The notes under the pieces are model-generated. The model saw only the letters and a list, made by a program, of their open reading frames with translations. It did no database searches and had not been told where the DNA came from. This document shows positions 28,259-36,156 of a stretch of DNA of 64,000 nucleotides, one piece after another. Where the stretch lies: assembly GCA_016223245.1 (NCBI GenBank), contig JACRPL010000006.1, positions 21,417-85,416 on the forward strand, written 5' to 3'. Position 1 is the first letter of the stretch; every line of letters starts with the position of its first letter. Made by a program: the position numbers and the translations under genes. This DNA is from Candidatus Saganbacteria bacterium (lineage in GTDB: Bacteria; Margulisbacteria; WOR-1; XYC2-FULL-46-14; XYC2-FULL-37-10).

Positions 28259-28266
28259 TGGGATTT
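28183..28266. repeat. Heptamer arrays (CAATGAC / TTGGTCA-TTGGGAT) in inverted arrangement over the lptD-like start
   Basis: aaatgac (caatgac)3 caacaag gaatag ... ttgttgggatttggtcattgggattt. Confidence 0.8.
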
Positions 28267-28270
28267 ACTG

Positions 28271-29608
28271 CTAGCCAACTTCTTCATAGCGGCTTTCTTT
28301 ATTGCAGAATTTGGCAATGTCTTTGCGGAAGACCAATTCGACAGTGCCGACAGGGCCGTTCCTTTGTTTCGCGATAATAATTTCGGCTATATTCCCGCGT
28401 TCTGATTGTGGATTGTAATAATCGTCCCTATGGATGAACATTACAAGGTCAGCCGTTTGTTCAATTTCTCCCGATTCCCTAAGGTCCGATAGCCTTGGTA
28501 TCCTATCGTTTCGCTGTTCAACCGCCCTTGAAAGTTGCGACAGTGCAATTACGGGAAGATCAAGTTCGCGTGCAAGGGTCTTAAGCGACCGTGAGATTTC
28601 CGAAATTTCCTGCACCCTGTTTTCGATCCTGCCCCTGCCAGACATAAGCTGCAAGTAATCGATCATGACCATTCCAAGCCCTTTTTCAAGTTTGAGCCTT
28701 CTGCATTTTGCCCTTATTTCCATTGCGGTGATCGAAGCCGAATCGTCAATGTATATCTGGGCTTCGGAGAGTTTTGACAAGGCGCGCGTCAACTTCTTCC
28801 AACCGGTATCAGGGAGTGTTGCTGTTTTAAGCTTTATTGCGTCGATCTCCGCCTCTGAACACAGCATTCTTTGGGCAAGCTGGTCTTTGCTCATTTCAAG
28901 CGAGAAGATCGCGACAGGTATCTTGAATTTTATTGCCATATTTTGGGCCATGTTCAATGCAAATGCGGTTTTTCCAACCGACGGCCTTGCCGCGATAATT
29001 ATTAGGTCGGAATTCTGGAACCCGGCTGTCAGATTGTCAAGATCGGTATAGCCTGTTGGAATGCCTGTAATGTGCTCTTTTTTCCCGTATAGCCTGTCGA
29101 TCCTGTCTAAAACTTTTGTCAAAATCGAATCTAACTTGTGGAATCCTTCTTTTGTCCGTTTTAATGCGATATCGAAGATCGTTTTTTCTGCATGGTCCAA
29201 TATACTGTCAACATTGTCCGGTTCATCGAACGCTTCCGATACAATATACGTTCCGGCATCGATCAATCGCCTCAATGTCGCTTTTTCTTCAACGATCCGC
29301 GCGTAATATTCGATATTTGCGGCTGTCGGGACGGAATTAATAAGGTCCGCAATATAACCGGATCCTCCAGAAGAGTCAAGCTTGTTGCTTTTCCGAAGGC
29401 TTTCGCCCACAGTGACAAGGTCTACAGGTTCGCCTCGGTCAAACAGGTCGAGGATCGTTTCGTAAATATATTTGTGCGCATCGCGGTAAAAGCTGTCCGC
29501 GTGCAGGATCTCGATTGCTTTTACAATCGCGGCCTTGTCAATCAATAACGATCCAATTACTGATTGTTCTGCTTGCAGGTTTTGCGGTGGAATTCTTTCT
29601 TCGGCCAT
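28271..29608 (-). CDS. dnaB: Replicative DNA helicase
   Basis: PPQNLQAEQSVIG, AARPSVGKT, IDYLQLM, LSQLSR, DLRESGEIEQ; start set at MAEERIPP. Confidence 0.97.
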   Translation of the reverse strand: MAEERIPPQNLQAEQSVIGSLLIDKAAIVKAIEILHADSFYRDAHKYIYETILDLFDRGEPVDLVTVGESLRKSNKLDSSGGSGYIADLINSVPTAANIEYYARIVEEKATLRRLIDAGTYIVSEAFDEPDNVDSILDHAEKTIFDIALKRTKEGFHKLDSILTKVLDRIDRLYGKKEHITGIPTGYTDLDNLTAGFQNSDLIIIAARPSVGKTAFALNMAQNMAIKFKIPVAIFSLEMSKDQLAQRMLCSEAEIDAIKLKTATLPDTGWKKLTRALSKLSEAQIYIDDSASITAMEIRAKCRRLKLEKGLGMVMIDYLQLMSGRGRIENRVQEISEISRSLKTLARELDLPVIALSQLSRAVEQRNDRIPRLSDLRESGEIEQTADLVMFIHRDDYYNPQSERGNIAEIIIAKQRNGPVGTVELVFRKDIAKFCNKESRYEEVG

Positions 29609-29630
29609 GAGATGTAAATTATAACATATG

Positions 29631-29659
29631 TTGACATTGATTTCCAAGCGTACTAGAAT
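29631..29659 (+). promoter_or_regulatory. Near-consensus sigma-70 promoter pointing antisense into the mutS 3' end
   Basis: TTGACA-N17-TAGAAT. Confidence 0.55.
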
Positions 29660-29719
29660 TATGCCAAATGGAATGAATTATTCGGCTTTTAATACGGCAA
29701 TTTCCGGAAAAATATTGGG

Positions 29720-32194
29720 TCAGGCATTTATTACAGGAACATTCGATCGATGATCAAATCCCAGGTCATTTTCAACCATCTCAAGCGTTGTATATATCTC
29801 TTTAGCCCTTGAAATCACGTCATTCGGGAGCCCCGCTAACCGCGCAACTTGGATCCCATACGATCTATCTGCAGAGCCCTCGACTATCTTATGTAAAAAT
29901 GTTATTTGATCGCCTTCTTCTTTTATCTGGATATTCAGATTTTTCATGCCTTTATGTTTTTCCGCAAGCTGAGTGATCTCATGGTAGTGAGTCGCGAATA
30001 AAGTTTTTGCTTTGATGTTGTTATTGATGAATTCGGCAACAGCCGCAGCGATAGACATCCCGTCAAAAGTCGCCGTCCCTCTGCCTATTTCATCAAGTAT
30101 TATCAAACTATTTTCAGTCGCATTGTTCAGGATATTCGCGGTTTCGGTCATCTCGAGCATAAATGTTGATTGTCCTGAATATATATCATCCATAGCCCCA
30201 ATTCTTGTGAAGATTTTGTCTATTAACGGCAATATTGCATTATCGGCCGGGACAAACGAACCCATTTGTGCCAAAAGGCATATTAACGCGGTCTGTCTCA
30301 TGTAAGTAGATTTACCTGCCATGTTAGGGCCAGTGATCAGCAGGAAACTACTTTCATTGTTCATCAAGATATCGTTTTTTACAAAATTATGGTTTCCAAG
30401 CATTTTTTCGACTACCGGATGCCGTGATCCGGTTATCAGGATATCAGTGGATCCGGATATCAGGGGGCGGCAATAATTGTTTTCTTGCGCGACTTGTGCC
30501 AATGAGATCAAGACATCGAGTTGGGATAATATCTCCGCAATATATTGTAATTCTTTTGTAAATCCTGCGGCTTTTTCACGTACATCGCAGAAAATCTTAT
30601 ATTCCAGTTCTTTGATCCTTTCATCGGCATTTAGGATCAGAGATTCCTTTTCTTTTAAGTCAGGCGTTATATATCTTTCGCAATTAGTAAGTGTTTGTTT
30701 TCTAATATAATTTGCAGGCACTTGAGACAGGTTTGCCGTTGTGACCTCGATATAATATCCGAAAACTTTATTAAAACCTACTTTGAGGGATTTGATACCG
30801 CTTGCTATCCTTTCTTTGTTCTCAAGTTCGGCGATCCAGCTTTTTCCGCCATAAGCTATCTTTCTCAATTCATCCAGCTCATTATCATAAGAATCGTTTA
30901 TTATCCCGCCTTCTTTAATAGTGAACGGAGGATCAATCTTTATGGCTTTATTTATTAATTCCTTGAGTTCAAGAAGTTCCGGAAGATCATTGACATGTTT
31001 TAGCATTTTCGATTTGCATTTTGAAGTTAACGTTTTAAAGAATGGGATCTCTTTTAACGATTCATTTAGAGAAACAATATCTTTTGCGTTTCCCTGCTCT
31101 GTTGCAATTTTTGATGTTAGTCTTTCAATATCATAGAGATTCTTAAGTCTTTGTGTTAGCTCTGCTTTTAAAATTGTATCTCCTATAAGTTCATCAATTG
31201 CATCGAAACGGGCATTTATTTTATCTATTTCCATTAAAGGCATAAGAAGCCAATTTCTAAGAAGCCTGCTTCCCATATTTGTTTCGCATCTATCAAGCAC
31301 CCAGAGTAAGGCCCCTTTTAAGGATTTATCTTTAATAGATTGAACGAGTTCAAGGTTTCTTCTTGTTTGGGCGTCTATAAGCATATATTGGCCGATCGCA
31401 TAAGGCGTAATTTTGTTAATGTGGCCCAGAGCAGTTTTCTGGTTGTCTTCAAGATAATCCAAGGCAGCTGCAGCGGCGGATAAACCAACTGAATAGTTCT
31501 CAATTCCGAATGAGGCAAGAGATTTTATTTTGAAGAATTTTGAAAGTTTTTCTTCTGCTTCGGATTGGTCGTATTTGTCTTTGTAGCTTTCAATCCTAAT
31601 AGACGGAACCTGCGAGTGAACCCTGCCTGCCGGCAGGCACGGCTCGCGGTTCCTTTTCTCATCAATCATGTCGGAAAGAAGTATCTCCGATGGTTTTATC
31701 CTATTTATTTCATCGAGGAGATCTTTTAAAGTATCGATTTCTGTAACTTTAAATTCACCAGTCGAAGCATCCGTATAAGCTAGACCAAACTTGCCTTTCT
31801 CAAAAGATACGACAAGAAGATAATTGTTTGTCTTATCGGTTAGCATTGAAGTACCAATAATTGTCCCAGGGGTATATATCTTTATTACATCTCTTTTAAC
31901 CAGCCCTTTAGCAAGCTTTGGGTCTTCGACTTGTTCGCAGATAGCAACTTTGTATCCTTTTTCGACAAGTTTTCCAATATAATTTTCGGCCGCATGGAAT
32001 GGTATCCCGCACATCGGCATTCTGTTCTCGGAAATTCCCCTGCCAGTTAATGTGAGGCCAAGTTCGCGCGATCCAAGCTCTGCATCATCGTAGAACATTT
32101 CATAGAAGTCGCCCAAGCGGAAAAAAAGGATTGCATCCTTGTGCTGTGATTTTATTTCCCGATATTGTTTTATCATCGGGGTTTGGTCTGTCAT
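29720..32194 (-). CDS. mutS: DNA mismatch repair protein MutS
   Basis: TPMIKQY, GDFYEMF, GPNMAGKST, DEIGRGT, FATHYHE. Confidence 0.98.
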   Translation of the reverse strand: MTDQTPMIKQYREIKSQHKDAILFFRLGDFYEMFYDDAELGSRELGLTLTGRGISENRMPMCGIPFHAAENYIGKLVEKGYKVAICEQVEDPKLAKGLVKRDVIKIYTPGTIIGTSMLTDKTNNYLLVVSFEKGKFGLAYTDASTGEFKVTEIDTLKDLLDEINRIKPSEILLSDMIDEKRNREPCLPAGRVHSQVPSIRIESYKDKYDQSEAEEKLSKFFKIKSLASFGIENYSVGLSAAAAALDYLEDNQKTALGHINKITPYAIGQYMLIDAQTRRNLELVQSIKDKSLKGALLWVLDRCETNMGSRLLRNWLLMPLMEIDKINARFDAIDELIGDTILKAELTQRLKNLYDIERLTSKIATEQGNAKDIVSLNESLKEIPFFKTLTSKCKSKMLKHVNDLPELLELKELINKAIKIDPPFTIKEGGIINDSYDNELDELRKIAYGGKSWIAELENKERIASGIKSLKVGFNKVFGYYIEVTTANLSQVPANYIRKQTLTNCERYITPDLKEKESLILNADERIKELEYKIFCDVREKAAGFTKELQYIAEILSQLDVLISLAQVAQENNYCRPLISGSTDILITGSRHPVVEKMLGNHNFVKNDILMNNESSFLLITGPNMAGKSTYMRQTALICLLAQMGSFVPADNAILPLIDKIFTRIGAMDDIYSGQSTFMLEMTETANILNNATENSLIILDEIGRGTATFDGMSIAAAVAEFINNNIKAKTLFATHYHEITQLAEKHKGMKNLNIQIKEEGDQITFLHKIVEGSADRSYGIQVARLAGLPNDVISRAKEIYTTLEMVENDLGFDHRSNVPVINA
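30426..30465 (+). repeat. Degenerate 8-mer array (TATCAGGA/GATCCGGA) inside mutS
   Basis: gatccggt tatcagga tatcagtg gatccgga tatcaggg; similar units at 36123-36146. Confidence 0.5.
31607..31651. mobile_element. 45-bp composite hairpin inserted in frame in mutS
   Basis: aacctgcgagtgaaccctgcctgccggcaggcacggctcgcggtt, 43/45 identical to intergenic 26009-26053; encodes NREPCLPAGRVHSQV. Confidence 0.88.
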
Positions 32195-32256
32195 TGTACT
32201 TCATCCTTTAAAGTGGATTTACCTTTATAAGTTCTAAATATATAGTGATAGTGCAT
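32191..32256 (-). pseudogene. 21-codon stub resembling the N-terminus of an IS200/RAYT (Y1 HUH) transposase
   Basis: MHYHYIFRTYKGKSTLKDEVQ*, starting about 10 nt downstream of a REP-like hairpin; its TGA overlaps the mutS ATG. Confidence 0.5.
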
Positions 32257-32265
32257 GATTTTTTT

Positions 32266-32289
32266 AACCGCGGCGTTCAGCCGCAGGTA
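32266..32289. repeat. REP-like imperfect hairpin
   Basis: aaccgcggc gttca gccgcaggta; 21/24 identical to 26068-26091. Confidence 0.78.
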
Positions 32290-32313
32290 CTACAAGTCTT
32301 CAAAAGCGCCGGC

Positions 32314-34272
32314 CTAAGACTTTCGTATTGTGACGCCCAGTTTCTCTTCCAAAGCTGAAATCACTGCAACAAATCTCTCATTCACAGCTTCGTCTGTTAA
32401 AGTTGAATTCTTATCGCGAAAAGACAGCCTATAAGCCTGGCTGTTTTTGTACTGGTCAAAAAGCTTAACTTCCTCAAGAAATGGACCGGCTGTTTCTTTG
32501 ATCGAAGTGACGATTTGATCGTATGTAATCCCCTCCGGCACAAACATTGCCAAATCACGGTCAATTTTAGGGAATTTAGAAAGAGCAGTGTGATCTTTCA
32601 TCGCTTTTAAACTGAGAAGAGCTTGAATTTCAACTTCAAATAAATAAACATCTCTGTTCAAATCATATGTTTTCTTTTTCACAGGATGAATAAGCCCCAA
32701 TTTGGCAACATACATGCCTGCTGCAGACAAAGATGCTGATTGCACAGGGTGATACCATTGATCAATTAATCCCTCCTCAATAATATTAAAAGTATACTCT
32801 TTAGAGAATTGATTGATCAGCGTTTCAATGATGCCCTTTATTTCACGAAAACCGGCTTTGGGCGCGAAAATAGACCCTGCAAGAACCAGCCTTTCATGCA
32901 CTTTATTTCCAAATACCTTGCCAACTTCAAAAATTCCAAGTTCGTCAACTTGATGCCTTAAGTTATAGGAAACAACCCTTAATATACTAGGCAGCATGCT
33001 GGTTCTCATTACCGACTCGGATATAGTCATAGGATTAGTGATCTTAATTGCGTTCTTCTCGGCATCGGACGGATCGACCAAACTGAAGGTCTGGACCTCA
33101 TACAACCCTGTCCCTATAAGGATATTTTTGATATTTGAAACTTTGGAGTACACCGTTTCTGTGATCTCTGTTTTTCCGATCTTTGGGCTTGTGACTGGAA
33201 TATTGTGATACCCAAAAATTCTGGCGATCTCTTCAATAAGGTCTATTTCCCTCTCAATATCGGCATAACGCCAGGTTGGGACCTCCACGATAATTTTAGA
33301 TTTGCTGTTTTTGAGAAGTTTAAAGCCAAGCCCTTTAAGTATTTTAATAGCTGTCCCTTGAGGAACAGGAACGCCGAGTATTGCATTAAGCCGCTCAAAC
33401 CTAAGTGCGATCCTTCTTTTCTTAATGTCTTGTTTTTTCTTATCAATTTGCCCCCTCAAAACAACTCCGCTGGCCAATTCCGCGACCATTGAAGCCGCGG
33501 CATCTAAAGCGGTTTCAACCATATTCCAATCTGTAGTTTTTTCAAACCGGGCAGAGGATTCTGTCCTAAGCTTTAGGGATTTGGAAGTTTTAGAAATATT
33601 TATCGGATCAAAATATGCGGATTCCAGGACAACAGTTTTTGTTTTTGCCGAAACCTCCGTGTTTGCCCCTCCCATCACCCCTGCAACCGCAATGGCCCTG
33701 TTTGCATCCGCTATTACAAGACTGTCCTTGTCCAATTTGAAATCCGCGCCGTCAAGCGTCTTAATTTTTTCTTGGGGAGCAGCCCGCCTGACAATGATCT
33801 TTTGTCCTTGTATCTTATCGTGGTCAAAAGCGTGCATCGGCTGGCCAAGCTCAAGCAGAAGATAATTTGTAATATCCACAATGTTATTGATAGGCCTTAA
33901 TCCGCATGTGCTAAGCCGTTTCTTAAGCCAATCGGGTGAGTCTTTAACTTTAATGTTTTCAATGACTCTCGCCATATAACGAGGGCAAAGCTTCGGTTCT
34001 CTTATTTCAACACTGACAACGGGAGAAGTTTTCTTTTCCGATTCATAACGTTTTAATCTTTTCATTTTCAGTTTTGAGCTTGTTATCGAAGAAACTTCTC
34101 TTGCAATACCGAGAATTGAACTGCAATCGCCGCGGTTTGGCAGGATATCTACATCCAATGAGTCGTTTAACGACAATGTTTCAAGCCCCGACATAGTAAG
34201 CTTTTGGGCAAGATCTGATGCCGGAATTTTTACATCAACATATTCCTTTAGCCAATCGATCGGTACTCTCAT
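32314..34272 (-). CDS. pheT: Phenylalanine--tRNA ligase beta subunit (short form lacking the B2 OB domain)
   Basis: MRVPIDWLKEY..GLE then directly LDVDILPNRGD; B3/4, B5 (IEREIDLIEE) and C-terminal RDLAM domains present. Confidence 0.95.
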   Translation of the reverse strand: MRVPIDWLKEYVDVKIPASDLAQKLTMSGLETLSLNDSLDVDILPNRGDCSSILGIAREVSSITSSKLKMKRLKRYESEKKTSPVVSVEIREPKLCPRYMARVIENIKVKDSPDWLKKRLSTCGLRPINNIVDITNYLLLELGQPMHAFDHDKIQGQKIIVRRAAPQEKIKTLDGADFKLDKDSLVIADANRAIAVAGVMGGANTEVSAKTKTVVLESAYFDPINISKTSKSLKLRTESSARFEKTTDWNMVETALDAAASMVAELASGVVLRGQIDKKKQDIKKRRIALRFERLNAILGVPVPQGTAIKILKGLGFKLLKNSKSKIIVEVPTWRYADIEREIDLIEEIARIFGYHNIPVTSPKIGKTEITETVYSKVSNIKNILIGTGLYEVQTFSLVDPSDAEKNAIKITNPMTISESVMRTSMLPSILRVVSYNLRHQVDELGIFEVGKVFGNKVHERLVLAGSIFAPKAGFREIKGIIETLINQFSKEYTFNIIEEGLIDQWYHPVQSASLSAAGMYVAKLGLIHPVKKKTYDLNRDVYLFEVEIQALLSLKAMKDHTALSKFPKIDRDLAMFVPEGITYDQIVTSIKETAGPFLEEVKLFDQYKNSQAYRLSFRDKNSTLTDEAVNERFVAVISALEEKLGVTIRKS

Positions 34273-35288
34273 TAAAATTGCCTCAAAAATCTTATATCAT
34301 TTTCGAAGAAAAGACGGATATCGCCAATCCCATGCTTAAGCATTGCGATACGCTCGATGCCGACCCCGAACGCAAAGCCCGAATATTTTTCAGGGTCGTA
34401 ATTAACGTTTTTTAAGACATTGGGATCAATAATCCCCGCCCCCAGGATCTCAAGCCAGCCGGACTGTTTGCAAACGCCGCACCCATCGCCTTCGCACATT
34501 ACGCATTCGACATCAACCTCACATGACGGCTCCGTAAACGGGAAATAGCTCGGACGGAACCTGACTTTTTTATCACGGCCAAATACTGCATGCAAAAACA
34601 AAGTCAAAACGCCTTTCAGGTCCGAGAACTTAATATCGGTATCAACAAGTAGTCCTTCCAACTGGTGGAAGACCGGTGAGTGAGTGACATCCGCATCGCG
34701 CCTGTAAACACGGCCGGGGGCAATGACTGCAAGCGGCGGTTTCTGTTTTTTCATTACTCTTATTTGGACTGGAGACGTATGCGTCCTCAAAAGAAGCCCA
34801 TCCTCAAGCCAAAGCGTTGACCACATATCGCGGGACGGGTGGTACGGCGGGATATTGAGCGCTTCAAAGTTAAAATATTCCGTTTCGATGTCCGGCCCTT
34901 CAGCGACAGAAAACCCAAGCCTTTCGAAAATTGAGACCATTTCATCCATGACTTGTGTTATGGGGTGTTTTTTCCCTCGAGGAAACGATTTTCCGGGAAG
35001 TGTAATATCTAATTGTCCGGATTTGACCAAATTAAATAATTCCTGGCCTTCAAATTTTGATTTTTTATCTTGAAATGCTTGTTCTATGTCTTTTTTTGCG
35101 TCATTTACAGCTTTACCGTATGCAGGTTTTTCGGATGGATCTAGACTTGCCAGGTTTTTCATGAGATCCGTAAAAAGTCCGTTCTTTCCAAGATACTTGA
35201 TCCGGATCTCGTCTAATTTCTGAAGAGTATCGGCCGCTTCAAACGCGATCTTTGCTTCTTCGTGTATCTTATTTATCTTTTCAGGCAT
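34272..35288 (-). CDS. pheS: Phenylalanine--tRNA ligase alpha subunit
   Basis: HPSRDM, LRTHTSPVQ, RPSYFPFTEPS, GFAFGVGIER. Confidence 0.98.
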   Translation of the reverse strand: MPEKINKIHEEAKIAFEAADTLQKLDEIRIKYLGKNGLFTDLMKNLASLDPSEKPAYGKAVNDAKKDIEQAFQDKKSKFEGQELFNLVKSGQLDITLPGKSFPRGKKHPITQVMDEMVSIFERLGFSVAEGPDIETEYFNFEALNIPPYHPSRDMWSTLWLEDGLLLRTHTSPVQIRVMKKQKPPLAVIAPGRVYRRDADVTHSPVFHQLEGLLVDTDIKFSDLKGVLTLFLHAVFGRDKKVRFRPSYFPFTEPSCEVDVECVMCEGDGCGVCKQSGWLEILGAGIIDPNVLKNVNYDPEKYSGFAFGVGIERIAMLKHGIGDIRLFFENDIRFLRQF

Positions 35289-36045
35289 TCTTCATCCTTT
35301 GCCTTAATGATTCGTAAATAAGGACGGTGCCTGCCATCGCCGCATTCAGCGATTCGGCATTGCCCAGAATCGGGATCTTAACTTTTTCATCGCACATATC
35401 AATGATTTCTTCCGGCAATCCGGATGATTCGTTACCGATAATAATTGCTATCGGCCCTTTCAAATCCGCATCCCAATGCGCGTCCTTCGAATCCAAGCTG
35501 GTTCCAACTAACCGGAATTTTTTGTTTTTTAGGAAAGCCAATTCGCTTTTGATATCGGAAGATCGCACAACAGGCACCCTAAAAAACGATCCCATCGTCC
35601 CGCGGACCACTTTAGGATTAAAAGGATCAACTGTTCCTTTTGAAACAATAATCCCCGCGGCATTTGCGGCGTCAACTGCCCTGATAAGAGTTCCTAAGTT
35701 CCCGGGATCTTGTATCCCGACCAAGACAAGTATCACTGGATCCTTTTTTGTAATTATATCAGATAATTTCCATTTTTTTATTTTTGCGGCGGCGATGATG
35801 CCGGGCGGCGTTTCGACGGTTGATATTGTTTTCATCGCTTCACTTGAAACTTTGATCGTTTTGATCTTGCGTTTGGCGGCATCTTGCAATATTTCGAATT
35901 CGGCGGAGTATAAAATGAATTTAGCCATGTCTAACCCTTCTTTGATCGATTTTTCTCCTTCCACCACAAAGAAACCTTCCTCTTCCCGCGTTCTTCTATT
36001 TTGGTTGAGGGCTAATATCAACTTGGCTTCCCGCGATAATTTCAT
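35281..36045 (-). CDS. TrmH/SpoU family RNA methyltransferase
   Basis: IQDPGNLGTLIR, IGNESSG, IPILGNAESLNAAMA. Confidence 0.93.
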   Translation of the reverse strand: MKLSREAKLILALNQNRRTREEEGFFVVEGEKSIKEGLDMAKFILYSAEFEILQDAAKRKIKTIKVSSEAMKTISTVETPPGIIAAAKIKKWKLSDIITKKDPVILVLVGIQDPGNLGTLIRAVDAANAAGIIVSKGTVDPFNPKVVRGTMGSFFRVPVVRSSDIKSELAFLKNKKFRLVGTSLDSKDAHWDADLKGPIAIIIGNESSGLPEEIIDMCDEKVKIPILGNAESLNAAMAGTVLIYESLRQRMKNA

Positions 36046-36156
36046 GCTTGATTATAACACGGGCTGCCTGCAATCGAATAGCCTTGATTTTGCGGCATAA
36101 AGCCATATAATTAGATAGAAGGCATCAGAACATCAGGATAACAGGAAAAAAGAGAA

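Noticed and set aside
26009-32289. Palindromic repeats as a possible CRISPR array or attC sites
   Set aside because: Copies are dispersed, without regular spacers or cassettes, and no cas or integrase gene is present in the window.
35327-36100. 257-aa plus-strand ORF and other long antisense ORFs (e.g. 7125-7757, 49966-50619, 40785-41357)
   Set aside because: They lie antisense to well-supported genes and have no recognisable motifs.
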